Source of the DNA: Candidatus Latescibacterota bacterium
Lineage (GTDB): Bacteria > Latescibacterota > UBA2968 > UBA8231
Assembly: GCA_965204725.1 (NCBI GenBank)
Contig: OZ242005.1
Coordinates: 3,296,001-3,360,000, forward strand
Direction of reading: 5' to 3'
DNA: 64,000 nt
Part shown: in pieces, positions 18,054 to 27,891 of the stretch
Position numbering within the stretch: position 1 is the stretch's first letter
Layout: every line of letters starts with the position of its first letter
Notes under the pieces: model-generated
Databases searched by the model: none
The model's input: only the letters and a program-made list of their open reading frames with translations
Told to the model about the DNA's origin: nothing
Made by a program: the position numbers and the translations under genes

Positions 18054-20447
18054 CTAAAAGTGCCGCTGGCCGCGCTCGAGTTTGAGCTGGGGAATGTCTT
18101 TTAACTGCATCTTAAAAAAGAACGCCCGGTTTTTGTGGAAGGTGCTCGGTTGCACGTTGAGGGTTGCGGTCCAGTCGTGGAACTCCTTTTGCAGGGACAA
18201 CAGCTCGGAAGTGATGCGCTCGGTGGCCAACAGCCGCGTCCCCGGAGCCCGCAGATTGTAGTTGAGCGAATAATTGCAATGCCAGCTCGCCCCCGAGCTA
18301 AAGCCGGCCGCCGCCCGCACCCAAGAGCGGCTGGTGCTGGCGCGGCGGTGCGAGAAGTAGTGGCTGAGCTGGAAGCGGCTGCCGCGCCGCCGGGTGTCGA
18401 TGTCGCGCATGAGTCCGCTTTCAAAGCCGAAGGATTCCCGGCCGTAGCGGCTGGAGGAGCCGAAGCTGTTCGGATCGGATCGGCTGGAGGAGCCAAAGCG
18501 GCTGTTCGGATCGGCGTCTATAGGCGACGCGGCCGACTGCCGCGACCAGCTAGCCGAGGTCCGCACTTCGAGCTGCTCGCGGCGCGGTGCCCACAGGTGT
18601 AGTCGGTTTTGCTCGTCGTAGAACTGGTGGCGCAAGGTCAGCCGCGAGTTTAGGTAGCGACCCGCTTCGACGCTTAGGGTCGTTCGCAGGTCGTCTAGCC
18701 GGTTTTCCTTTTTCTCAAAGTCATAGCCCGTAGAGAAATTGAGCTGGACTAGGCGCGTTTTGTGCTCTTGCTCGTCGCGCAGAATTTTGGCCCAGAAGGT
18801 GTTGTCGAGGCGGAAGTTCAGGCGTCGTCGGTGTTGGAGGCGGCTGCCGTCGCCGCCAAAGCCCAAGACGCCGCCGGTGTCGGCGCGGGCGGCTTGATAG
18901 TTGAACGCGATGCTCGGTTTGAACACGTGGCGCAGTGCTTGGAGCGGACCGATGGACGGGTTGAAGAGGCCGTAGAAGGTCTGGCTCAGGGCCGTGCGGG
19001 TCGAGAAGCGGTCGCGGCGCAGGCTGCGGACCGCACGCTCGCGCAGGTCTTGGTCTTGCCAGTCTTGGTTGAGGGACGGGCTGAGGTTGAGCCAAGGGAA
19101 GGGGTGGTACTGCGCGCTGACGCGCCAGCTTACTTGGGCCCTAGTTTGGCTGGTCGTATCCGTGCGAGTGCCGCGCCGAGTGTTGCGCAGGCTGGCGTTG
19201 CCATCGTAGTAAATGCGACTGTACCAAGGGAGGTTTTGGCGGCTTGAGCCCTTGGGGGCTTGGCCCCATATCGGCTTGCGGCTCTTGCGTAGGCTGAGTT
19301 CGGGCAGAATGGTGGAGAACGTCTCGGTGTCGAGGTTTTTGGTCTGGCTTGCTTTCAGGCCAAAGCTATTGCCCGAGCCGCGCCAACGCCGAGTGTAGCT
19401 GAGGTTGGAGCGCAAGAGGCGGTTGAGGCGGTCTTGCAGGCTCGCGCTGTTGTCGCGGGCAAAGCTGGTGTTGCTCTGGAAGGTGCCGTTGGCCCGCAGG
19501 CTCGCATCGCGGCCTAGCTCTTGGCTGTGCCTGAATTCGAGTCGCCAGTTGCGCGCCGCCGTGCGGCCTTCTTGGCGGTTTTCAAACTGGGTGCTAACCT
19601 GCCCTCTGAATCGGTAGCGTGCGGCGTAGTTTAGGCGGGCGCGCCCTAGCCAGCCCGAGCGCTGCCGCAGGTCGGCTGCGAGCGACAAGTCCCAATAGTC
19701 ATTGGGCGCGAGGTAGTAGCCCAAGTTGCGCACCTCCCACTCGCTTTGCCGCGCCCCAAACCGAAGGGAGCGTTGCCCAAAACTCGGCGTCAACAGCCCG
19801 GACTGGCGGCCTTCGCGCAGCGAAAATACGTAGAAGGGAATCCACAACAGCCGCCGCTCTTTGATGCGGAAATACACGGGGCGCGCCACGGCGAGGTCGC
19901 CGGCTAGGACCTTGATCCGCGGGCTGTAGAAGTCGAAGTGCGGGTGGTCGGCGTCGCACGTGGTGTACGAGCCTTGGTGGACGTGGAACTCGGTGCTGCT
20001 GCGGGTCTGGATCACGCGCCCGGCGTAAAATCCCTTGTCGCGGTGGATCTTGCCTTTGAGGATGGTTCCTTGCTCGGTGGATAGGTCGTAGAGGATGCGC
20101 TCGCCGCGCAGCGTTTGCTCGCCTTGGCGCAACACCGGGTGGCCGACGACGCGCCCGGTCGAATCGAGGGCCGCGCGCGCTTCAATTTGGTCGAGGGCGC
20201 GGCGGAAGACGATCTCGGCGGCCTCTAGCTGAGCGCCCTTGTGCAAGACGCGGGCCTGCCCCTGCAACAGGAGCGAGTCGCCGACCTCGTAGTAGCGCAT
20301 ATAGGTGGCTTGGTATGCAAAGCTGGCGTCTTGGTCTTGGCCTTGGGCTTGCGTCAGCAGGGCGCGGGCCTGTTGCAGGGGCGTCTCAGCCGCCTCGCTG
20401 CCGCGCAACTGGGCGAGGATTAGGCCGGCGACCAGCAGGGCGATCAT
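18054..20447 (-). CDS. lptD: Putative LPS-assembly protein LptD
   Basis: Signal peptide, OstA-like N-domain with YTTCD..HPHF, RQSGLLTPSFG, beta-barrel-like remainder; start taken at the ATG at 20447. Confidence 0.8.
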   Translation of the reverse strand: MIALLVAGLILAQLRGSEAAETPLQQARALLTQAQGQDQDASFAYQATYMRYYEVGDSLLLQGQARVLHKGAQLEAAEIVFRRALDQIEARAALDSTGRVVGHPVLRQGEQTLRGERILYDLSTEQGTILKGKIHRDKGFYAGRVIQTRSSTEFHVHQGSYTTCDADHPHFDFYSPRIKVLAGDLAVARPVYFRIKERRLLWIPFYVFSLREGRQSGLLTPSFGQRSLRFGARQSEWEVRNLGYYLAPNDYWDLSLAADLRQRSGWLGRARLNYAARYRFRGQVSTQFENRQEGRTAARNWRLEFRHSQELGRDASLRANGTFQSNTSFARDNSASLQDRLNRLLRSNLSYTRRWRGSGNSFGLKASQTKNLDTETFSTILPELSLRKSRKPIWGQAPKGSSRQNLPWYSRIYYDGNASLRNTRRGTRTDTTSQTRAQVSWRVSAQYHPFPWLNLSPSLNQDWQDQDLRERAVRSLRRDRFSTRTALSQTFYGLFNPSIGPLQALRHVFKPSIAFNYQAARADTGGVLGFGGDGSRLQHRRRLNFRLDNTFWAKILRDEQEHKTRLVQLNFSTGYDFEKKENRLDDLRTTLSVEAGRYLNSRLTLRHQFYDEQNRLHLWAPRREQLEVRTSASWSRQSAASPIDADPNSRFGSSSRSDPNSFGSSSRYGRESFGFESGLMRDIDTRRRGSRFQLSHYFSHRRASTSRSWVRAAAGFSSGASWHCNYSLNYNLRAPGTRLLATERITSELLSLQKEFHDWTATLNVQPSTFHKNRAFFFKMQLKDIPQLKLERGQRHF

Positions 20448-21187
20448 GGCTGGCGCTGACTCAGTACTTCGTACAGGGCAATGCCCGCGGCCACCGAGGC
20501 GTTGAGTGAGCCGATGGCAGTGCCCGGCATGGGGATGTGCAAGAGGGCGTCGCAGCGCTTTTGCACCATGCGCCGCAGCCCCTTGCCCTCGCTGCCAATG
20601 ACTAGGGCGCAAGGCTGAACAAAGTCTGCGGCCGGCAAGGGCTGCTCGCCTTGGGCGTCGAGTCCGGCGATGAAAAGCCCACAGTCCGCGGCTTTTTGCA
20701 GGGCCTTTTGCAAATTGTCAACCCGGCAGACGGGTACGTGCTGGGCCGCGCCGGCCGCGGCCTTGAGCGCAGCCGGGGAGAGTCCGGCGGCGGTGCGGGA
20801 CGGCACGACCACGCCTTGCGCGCCGAGCGCGTGGGCACTGCGGATTATGGCGCCGAGGTTGTGGGGGTCTTGGATTTGGTCGAGAAAGAGGATCAGGGCT
20901 GGCGTCGGCAGATGGGCGAGCACATGGTCAAAGTCGGCGTACGACGCGGCGGCCGCATAGGCGACGACGCTTTGGTGGTGGGGACCGGCGAGGCGGTCGA
21001 GCTGGGCGCGGTCGCGCAGATCGTAGGGAATGCGCGCCTGCCGAGCGCGGGCGAAAATTTCGTCGATGACCGGGCCGTGCGCCCCCTTGGCGACGAGTAG
21101 GCGGCGCAGGGGGCGTTTGGCGCGCAGGGCTTCGAGCACGGGGTGGCGGCCCCAAATCAGGTCGTCGGATGGCTGTTTATCAGACAT
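20444..21187 (-). CDS. rlmB: 23S rRNA (Gm2251) 2'-O-methyltransferase, SpoU family
   Basis: GRHPVLEAL, DPHNLGAIIRSA, IGSEGKG, SLNASVAAGI. Confidence 0.93.
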   Translation of the reverse strand: MSDKQPSDDLIWGRHPVLEALRAKRPLRRLLVAKGAHGPVIDEIFARARQARIPYDLRDRAQLDRLAGPHHQSVVAYAAAASYADFDHVLAHLPTPALILFLDQIQDPHNLGAIIRSAHALGAQGVVVPSRTAAGLSPAALKAAAGAAQHVPVCRVDNLQKALQKAADCGLFIAGLDAQGEQPLPAADFVQPCALVIGSEGKGLRRMVQKRCDALLHIPMPGTAIGSLNASVAAGIALYEVLSQRQP

Positions 21188-21237
21188 GCAGGAACGGAGC
21201 GCAGGTCAATCTGCGTTGGCACGTACGATAGTCCGCA

Positions 21238-23868
21238 TCAGTCTCGGCCGGCTCCGTTGATTTTCTCTTTCCATTCATTCAGCTTGAGCAAGGCTTGGAG
21301 CGGCGTCATCTGGCTGAGGTCCAAGTCCTGCAACTCCGCCACCCACGGCGCGTCGGCCGGCGCGGGGAAGAGGTCGAGTTGGGACCGGGGGGTCGGGGCG
21401 GGCGCGTCGGGGCGGTGAATGTCGTCGGTGTCGATCTGGTCCTTTTCGAGGCGGGCGAGAATTTCTTGGGCGCGGGCTACGACTGGGGCGGGCATCCCGG
21501 CCATCTGCGCGACGTTGATGCCGTAGCTTTGGTCGGCCGCCCCCGGAGCTAAGCGGTGGAGGAACACCACGCGGTCGCCTTCTTCGCGCACCTGCACATT
21601 GAAGTTGACGACGCGCTCTAGGTGGCTTTCGAGTTCGGTCATCTCGTGGTAGTGGGTGGCAAAGAGGGTGCGCGGGTGAACCTCGGGGTGCTGGTGCAAG
21701 TATTCGACGATGGCATAGGCAATGCTCAGGCCATCGAAGGTGCTCGTGCCGCGACCGAGCTCGTCGATGAGGAGCAGGCTGCGGCTGGTGGCGTTGTTGA
21801 GGATGTTGGCGGCCTCGTGCATTTCCACCATAAAGGTGCTCTCGCCCCCGGCGAGGTTGTCGGACGCGCCCACGCGGGTGAAGATGCGATCGACGACGCC
21901 GATGGTCGCTTGGCGCGCCGGGACGAAGCTGCCGATCTGTGCCATCAGCGCGATGAGACCCACTTGGCGGATGACGGTGCTCTTGCCGGCCATATTCGGG
22001 CCGGTGATGAGCATGATCTGCGCTCCGTTGGCGTCGAGGCGCACGTCGTTGGGCACGAAGCGGCCCGTGCGAAGCTGACGCTCGACGACTGGGTGGCGGC
22101 CGTCGCGGATATCGATGCGCTCGCTGTCGTTGACTTGGGGCCGAGTGTAGGATTCGCTCTCGGCGACTTCGGCGAGGGAATACAGCGCGTCGATGCGGGC
22201 GATGGCGCGGGCGATCTGCTGAACTCGGGGCGTCCAGCGGGCGGCGCGGTCGCGCAGGGCCAAGAATAACTCGTTCTCTAGCTCTTTGAGGCGATCCTCT
22301 GCCCCTAGGACCTTTTCCTCGTATTCCTTTAGCTCGGGCGTGATGAAGCGCTCGGCGTTGGTCAAGGTCTGTTTGCGATGGTACTCCGCGGGCGTTTTGT
22401 CGAGGTTGGCCTTGCTGATTTCAATGTAGTAGCCAAAGACTTGGGTGTAGCCGATCTTGAGCGAGGCAATGCCGGTGCGCTCGCGCTCGGTGGCCTGCAA
22501 GCGGGCGATGTAGGACTTGCCGCCGCGAGCGATCTGCCGCAGTTGATCGACGTCTGGGTGATGGCCATCGCGGATTAGGCCGCCTTCGGTCAGGGCCACC
22601 GGGGGCGCGTCCACCAAGGCATGGAGGATTTCGGCGACCAATTCGCTGACGTCGGGCAGGCCCTTAGAGCACAGCTCTTGCAGGAGTTCGCTCTGCGCCG
22701 AGGAGAGCGCGGCGCCAATGGCGGGCGCGACGTCGAGCGAGCGGGCGAGGGCCACCATGTCGCGGGCGTTGGCTCGCAGACAGCAAATCCGGGCGATCAG
22801 CCGCTCTAAGTCGCCGACCTGCTCTAGGCATTGGCCGAGGGTGCGGCGGTGGTCGCGCAGGCGCAACAGCCTGTCAACCGCCCCTAGGCGGGCCTCAATG
22901 GCGGCCGGTTTTTTCAGGGGTTGTGCAATCCACTGGCGCATCAGGCGAGCGCCCATCGGGGTGCGGGTGCGGTCGAGGATTTCGAGGAGGGTGTTGGTGC
23001 GGCCCCCGTCTTGGAGGTTGGCCAAAAGCTCTAGGTTGCGCTGGGCCGCGGCGTTGACCAGCACAAAGTCCTCGCGGCGTTTGCGTTGGAGGCGGTTGAC
23101 GTGCTCGACCGCGCCGCGCTGGTTGTCGCGCAAATAGGCGACGGCGGCCCCGCCGGCACAGATGGCGGCCTTCATGTCGTCGCAGCCAAAGCCTTTGAGG
23201 GTCTGCACCCGGAGCTGGTCGGTGAGGGTGTCGTACGCGGTGTCGACCGCAAAGTGCCAGTCTTCGACGTGGCTGATGGCCACGCGCGGCAAGGCGGTCT
23301 GAAGCGTCTGCACCCATTGGGCGTCCGCGCCCGCGGCGATGAGCAGCTCGGCCGGGGCGAGGCTTTCTAGCTCGTCGGCGAGGTCGCCGGCCGGAACCTC
23401 GTCGAGCGCGAAGTCGCCGGTGGATAAATCGACGCTGGCTAAGCCGACGCAGTCGGCGCGGGGACAGAGGCCGACGAGGAAGTTGTTGCGTTGTTGGTCG
23501 AGCAAGGCATCGGAAAGGGCCGTGCCCGGGGAGACGACTTGCACCACGTCGCGCTTGACGACGCCCTTGGCCTTTTTGGGGTCTTCGACCTGCTCGCAGA
23601 TGGCGACTTTGCGGCCGAGTTGGATGAGTTTGGCTAAATAGCCTTCCATGGCGTGATGCGGGACGCCTGCTAAGGGCACATCGCCGGAAGCCTTGCCGTG
23701 GTGGCGCGCCGTCAAGGTGAGGCCCAAAAGCCGGGCGGCCTCTTTGGCGTCGTCGAAGAACATCTCGTAGAAGTCGCCCATGCGAAAGAAGAGGATCGCG
23801 TCTGGGTGCTGGCGCTTAAAGTGCGCGTACTGCTCCATCGCCGGGGTGAGTTTGGTTCTCGGGGACAT
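21238..23868 (-). CDS. mutS: DNA mismatch repair protein MutS
   Basis: TPAMEQY, FRMGDFYEMF, TGPNMAGKST, STFMVEM, DELGRGTSTFDG, ATHYHE. Confidence 0.98.
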   Translation of the reverse strand: MSPRTKLTPAMEQYAHFKRQHPDAILFFRMGDFYEMFFDDAKEAARLLGLTLTARHHGKASGDVPLAGVPHHAMEGYLAKLIQLGRKVAICEQVEDPKKAKGVVKRDVVQVVSPGTALSDALLDQQRNNFLVGLCPRADCVGLASVDLSTGDFALDEVPAGDLADELESLAPAELLIAAGADAQWVQTLQTALPRVAISHVEDWHFAVDTAYDTLTDQLRVQTLKGFGCDDMKAAICAGGAAVAYLRDNQRGAVEHVNRLQRKRREDFVLVNAAAQRNLELLANLQDGGRTNTLLEILDRTRTPMGARLMRQWIAQPLKKPAAIEARLGAVDRLLRLRDHRRTLGQCLEQVGDLERLIARICCLRANARDMVALARSLDVAPAIGAALSSAQSELLQELCSKGLPDVSELVAEILHALVDAPPVALTEGGLIRDGHHPDVDQLRQIARGGKSYIARLQATERERTGIASLKIGYTQVFGYYIEISKANLDKTPAEYHRKQTLTNAERFITPELKEYEEKVLGAEDRLKELENELFLALRDRAARWTPRVQQIARAIARIDALYSLAEVAESESYTRPQVNDSERIDIRDGRHPVVERQLRTGRFVPNDVRLDANGAQIMLITGPNMAGKSTVIRQVGLIALMAQIGSFVPARQATIGVVDRIFTRVGASDNLAGGESTFMVEMHEAANILNNATSRSLLLIDELGRGTSTFDGLSIAYAIVEYLHQHPEVHPRTLFATHYHEMTELESHLERVVNFNVQVREEGDRVVFLHRLAPGAADQSYGINVAQMAGMPAPVVARAQEILARLEKDQIDTDDIHRPDAPAPTPRSQLDLFPAPADAPWVAELQDLDLSQMTPLQALLKLNEWKEKINGAGRD

Positions 23869-23897
23869 GGTTCGGGGGGGTCGCGGGTTGGGGTGGG

Positions 23898-23940
23898 AAA
23901 AATAAAAGCGCGGTGGAACACTCGTCCGTCCCACCGCGCT
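23898..23940 (-). terminator. Intrinsic terminator after rpsA
   Basis: 10-bp stem agcgcggtgg/ccaccgcgct followed by a U-rich tract on the minus strand. Confidence 0.85.
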
Positions 23941-23958
23941 GGGTTGTTGCTGCGGGGC

Positions 23959-25749
23959 TTACGACTCGCCCTGCTCGTCGTGGACATCGCCCCAGCTTTC
24001 CATCTCGTCGTCCTTGTCGGCCGCGCCCTCATCAGCGGCCTCTTGGACGGGATGAGCGGCCAAGTAGGCTTCGTACTCGGCTTGGTCTTTGTCCTTGAAG
24101 TGCTCGCGCACGCTGAGGACGATCTTTTTCTGGTTCTTGTCGAATTCGATGACCTCTAGCGGCAGCGTTTGCCCTTCGGCAAAGCACTGGCTCGGGGTTT
24201 GCAGCCCGTCGATAGCCAACTGCGACAGCGGCACGAACCCATCGACCTCGTCGGCGAGCGAGACGACGATGCCGCGCTTGAGGATCCGCGAGATCGCGCC
24301 CTGCACCTCGACGCCCACCGCGTACTGATCGGCGAAGCGAGGCCAAGGGTTTTCAAAGGTCTCCTTGTGGCTGAGCGAGATGCGGCGGCGCTTGACGTCG
24401 ATTTCGGAGACGACCACGGGGATCACGTCGCCCTTTTTGAACATTTCGCTGGCTTGGCGGATGCGCTTAGTCCAAGACATATCCGAAATGTGGACTAGGC
24501 CATCGATGTTGTCCTCGATCTCGACGAAGGCCCCGAAGTTGGTCAGGCTGCATACCGTGCCCTCGATCTGGGTGCCGGGGGGATACTTGGCGTCGAGCGT
24601 ATCCCACGGATCGTCCTCGGTTTGCTTCATGCCGAGTGAGATTTTCTGGTTCTCGCTGTCGATCTTGAGCACCTTGACCTCGACGATGTCGCCGATGGCG
24701 ACCAGCTTGGAAGGATGGCGCACGTGCTGAGTCCAAGACATCTCGGAGATGTGGACTAGGCCCTCAATGCCCTCCTCCAGCTCGACGAAGGCACCGTAGT
24801 CGGTGATGGAGACCACCTTGCCGCGCACTTGGCTTTCAAGCGGGTACTTCTTGTCGATGTTCTCCCACGGATGGGAGGTTAGCTGCTTGAGTCCCAAGGA
24901 GATGCGCTCGCGCTTGCGGTCGTAGCTGAGCACCTTGACCTTGATGCGGTCGCCGATGGAGACCAGCTCCGAGGGGTGGTTGACGCGCCCCCACGACATG
25001 TCGGTAATGTGGAGAAGGCCATCGACGCCGCCCAAGTCGATGAAGGCACCGAAGTCGGTGATGTTCTTGACGACGCCCTCGCGGATCTGGTCTTCCTCCA
25101 ACACCTTGACGATCTCCTCGCGCATCCGCGCCCGCTCTTCCTCTAAAACGGCGCGGCGCGAGACGACGATGTTGCGCCGCGTCTTGTTGAGCTTGATGAT
25201 CTTGAAGGGGAACTCGTGGCCGATGAACTGGTCGAAGTTCTTGACTTGGCGAATGTCGATCTGCGAGCCGGGCAGAAAGGCCTCAACGCCGAAGAGACTG
25301 ACGACGATGCCGCCCTTGATGCGCCGCATTAGCTGGCCCTCAACCGTGGTGCCGGCGTCGTAGGCGTCCTTGATGGAATCCCAGACGCGCATGAAATCGG
25401 CCTTTTGCTTGGAGAGCACGGCTTGGCCCTCTTGGTCTTCGATGTTCTCCAAGAAGACCTCGATTTCTTGGCCGGTCTCAATGGCCTCGGGGTCGGAAAA
25501 TTCCTTGACCGGCACCGCGCCTTCGGACTTAAAGCCAATATCGACCATCACCTCGCTGGGGCCGATTGAGACGACGATGCCCTTGACGATTTGGCCCTCC
25601 TCAATGCCGGAGATGCTCTCATCGTAGAGGGCCATGAGTTCGTCGTATTCGGCTGGGTCGTACTCGGGCTTTTCCAGCTCTTCGACGCTGATGTTGCCGT
25701 ACACGGGCTTTTCTAACGGCTCTTGTGTTGCTGTGGTTTCCTCAGTCAT
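23959..25749 (-). CDS. rpsA: 30S ribosomal protein S1
   Basis: Six S1 repeats (DIGFKSEG, FLPGSQID, ITDFGAFIDLGGVDGLLH, EGLVHISEMSW). Confidence 0.99.
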   Translation of the reverse strand: MTEETTATQEPLEKPVYGNISVEELEKPEYDPAEYDELMALYDESISGIEEGQIVKGIVVSIGPSEVMVDIGFKSEGAVPVKEFSDPEAIETGQEIEVFLENIEDQEGQAVLSKQKADFMRVWDSIKDAYDAGTTVEGQLMRRIKGGIVVSLFGVEAFLPGSQIDIRQVKNFDQFIGHEFPFKIIKLNKTRRNIVVSRRAVLEEERARMREEIVKVLEEDQIREGVVKNITDFGAFIDLGGVDGLLHITDMSWGRVNHPSELVSIGDRIKVKVLSYDRKRERISLGLKQLTSHPWENIDKKYPLESQVRGKVVSITDYGAFVELEEGIEGLVHISEMSWTQHVRHPSKLVAIGDIVEVKVLKIDSENQKISLGMKQTEDDPWDTLDAKYPPGTQIEGTVCSLTNFGAFVEIEDNIDGLVHISDMSWTKRIRQASEMFKKGDVIPVVVSEIDVKRRRISLSHKETFENPWPRFADQYAVGVEVQGAISRILKRGIVVSLADEVDGFVPLSQLAIDGLQTPSQCFAEGQTLPLEVIEFDKNQKKIVLSVREHFKDKDQAEYEAYLAAHPVQEAADEGAADKDDEMESWGDVHDEQGES

Positions 25750-25830
25750 GTTGCGCAGATCCTCAAAAAGGTTAAGGCGAAGCGCGCACTTCGCGTTGGG
25801 TGATACCGGCGCGGCCTCTCCGCGCCAGCG

Positions 25831-26502
25831 TTAGGCGCCGCGTTGGCGGGCCAAGGCGACGACGCAGTCCACTTGGTCTGGCAAAGTCATGCGCGTCGTG
25901 TCGATCTCGATGATCTCGGCCGCTGCGCTCGTACCTCCGTAGTCGCGGGCGGCGTCTTCCCGGTCGCGCGCTTGGACGTCGGACCGGACTTGGTCCAAGG
26001 TGATGCGTACTCCTTGGGCGGTCAATTCCCGGTGCCGCCGGCGAACGCGCTCGTCGAGGTCGGCCACCAAGGCGATTTTTAGCTCGGCGTCGGGAAAGAC
26101 TACCGCCGCCATGTCGCGCCCTTCGGCGACAACGCCGCCCTCTTGGCCCCACCGCTGCTGCTGGGCGATTAGGGCGCGTCGCACCAAAGGCACGTCTGCG
26201 TACGCACTCACTCGGCGGGTGATCTCGGGCTGGCGAATCGCTTCGCTTACGTCCTGCCCGTCGAGCAGGACGCGCCCCCGGTCGGAATCCAAATCTATGG
26301 TCGAGGTCGCCAATAGGTCCGCCAGCGCGGCTGAGTCCTCGGGTGATATCCCCCGGCGGGTGGCCGCTAAGGCCACGGCTCGGTACATGGCACCGGTGTC
26401 GAGGGCGCTATAGCCTAGCCGCCCGGCCACCTGCCGCGCTGTAATCGTCTTGCCGGTGCCGATGGTGCCGTCGATGGCGATGACGAGCCCGCGCCGCTTC
26501 AC
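25831..26502 (-). CDS. cmk: Cytidylate kinase
   Basis: IAIDG..GTGKT, LDTGAMYRA, AEGRDM..VVFPDA, RDREDAAR; GTG start overlapping the rluB stop. Confidence 0.95.
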   Translation of the reverse strand: MKRRGLVIAIDGTIGTGKTITARQVAGRLGYSALDTGAMYRAVALAATRRGISPEDSAALADLLATSTIDLDSDRGRVLLDGQDVSEAIRQPEITRRVSAYADVPLVRRALIAQQQRWGQEGGVVAEGRDMAAVVFPDAELKIALVADLDERVRRRHRELTAQGVRITLDQVRSDVQARDREDAARDYGGTSAAAEIIEIDTTRMTLPDQVDCVVALARQRGA

Positions 26503-27248
26503 AAGCCAACCTCGGCTTTGAGCCGGCCGACTTCCCCGGGGCTGAGGCAACGGTACTGACCGGCGGCGAGCGGGCCGAGGGTCAGCCCGGCAAATTCGAC
26601 CCGAGTGAGTTGCCGCACCGGATGGCCGATGGCGCGGAGCATGCGGCGGACTTGGCGCTTGCGCCCCTCGTGAATGCAAAGGCTCAGCTTGGCCCGCTGG
26701 TCCCAACCGCTCTTCCAGCGCTCCTCTACTTGGACCTGAGCCGGTGCCGTAGGCCCGTCGCCGAGCGCGATGCCGGCGCGCAGCCGCTCGAGCTGGTCCT
26801 CGTGCGGGTCGCCGCTGACAACGGCCTCGTAGCACTTGGCGACGACAAAGCGCGGGTGTAGCAGCCGATGGCCGAGGGCACCGTCGTCGGTCAGGAGCAA
26901 AAGCCCGGTGGTGTCGAGGTCGAGACGGCCCACGGGCACGGTCCCCGGATGGAGGTCGGGCAAGAGGTCGAAGACCGTGGGCCGGTCGCGGGGGTCGCTG
27001 CGGGTGACCAGATACCCGGCCGGCTTGTGCAAAAGCACGTATTCGTACTGGCTGGTCAGGGTGAGGACTTGGCCATGGCACTCGACTCGGTCGGCATGGA
27101 CTGCGACAACTCGGCCCGGCTCGGCGACGACCTCGCCGTTGATGCAAACCGCGCCGCTTTGTATTAGGGCATCGCTGTGGCGGCGCGAGGCCACACCGCA
27201 ACGGGCCAAGAAGCGGTTGAGGCGCATCTGCGGCTCAGGAGCGTTCAC
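26499..27248 (-). CDS. rluB: rRNA pseudouridine synthase (RluB/RsuA family)
   Basis: S4 domain RLNRFLA.CGVASRR, PVGRLDLDTTGLLLLT, EGRKRQVRRM; follows scpAB. Confidence 0.9.
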   Translation of the reverse strand: MNAPEPQMRLNRFLARCGVASRRHSDALIQSGAVCINGEVVAEPGRVVAVHADRVECHGQVLTLTSQYEYVLLHKPAGYLVTRSDPRDRPTVFDLLPDLHPGTVPVGRLDLDTTGLLLLTDDGALGHRLLHPRFVVAKCYEAVVSGDPHEDQLERLRAGIALGDGPTAPAQVQVEERWKSGWDQRAKLSLCIHEGRKRQVRRMLRAIGHPVRQLTRVEFAGLTLGPLAAGQYRCLSPGEVGRLKAEVGL

Positions 27249-27891
27249 CTGCGTCTCCTTCCTCGGCCTGCTTTTGCAGCTCGTCTAGCTCGGACGCGAG
27301 CTGGCGCGCGGCGGCCGGCGGCTGGCCCTCGGCGAGCAGCTCTTCTAATTCCTTGGGCTTGGGCAATTCGCCCAGTCCCCGCAGCCCAAAGTGGACTAAA
27401 AATTCTCGGGTCGTGCCAAAGAGCATGGGTTTGCCAATGCCCTCGGACCGGCCAGCGAGGCGGACCATGTTGAGTTCCATCAGGGTTTGCAACGCGCCGG
27501 CCGAGCTAACGCCGCGGATGTTGTCGATCTCAACGCGGGTGACCGGCTGCTTGAAGGCGACGATGGCGAGGACTTCGAGGCCGGCCGGCGAGAGGCGCAC
27601 TTGGCGCGAGGTCTTGTGGTACTTGCGCAGCCAAGGGCCGCATGCTTGGCGCGAGGCGAGTTGGTAGCCCCCGGCTAGCTCGACGATCTCGATCCCGTGC
27701 CCGGCCGCTTCGTACTGGGCGTTGAGCGCGTCGATAACCTCGCGAATATCGCGGCCGTTGTACCCGGCGAGCAAGTTGACGAGGCGGCCTGGGGTCGCCG
27801 GCTCGGTTGCCGTCAGCAGAATGGCCTCAATAATCGCCCGCGCCTGCTCAGGGGCGACGTCGCGCGCGGCGGCTGTGGATTCATGGCTCAC
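27235..27891 (-). CDS. scpB: SMC-Scp complex subunit ScpB
   Basis: IEAILL, AGGYQL, LEVLAIVAFKQPVTRVEIDNIRGV, FGTTREFLVHFGL. Confidence 0.96.
   Translation of the reverse strand: MSHESTAAARDVAPEQARAIIEAILLTATEPATPGRLVNLLAGYNGRDIREVIDALNAQYEAAGHGIEIVELAGGYQLASRQACGPWLRKYHKTSRQVRLSPAGLEVLAIVAFKQPVTRVEIDNIRGVSSAGALQTLMELNMVRLAGRSEGIGKPMLFGTTREFLVHFGLRGLGELPKPKELEELLAEGQPPAAARQLASELDELQKQAEEGDAGERS

Noticed and set aside
25831-27201. 456-aa ORF suggesting an N-terminally fused cmk
   Set aside because: The extension is an Arg/Pro-rich alternative frame of rluB; cmk starts at the GTG at 26502.
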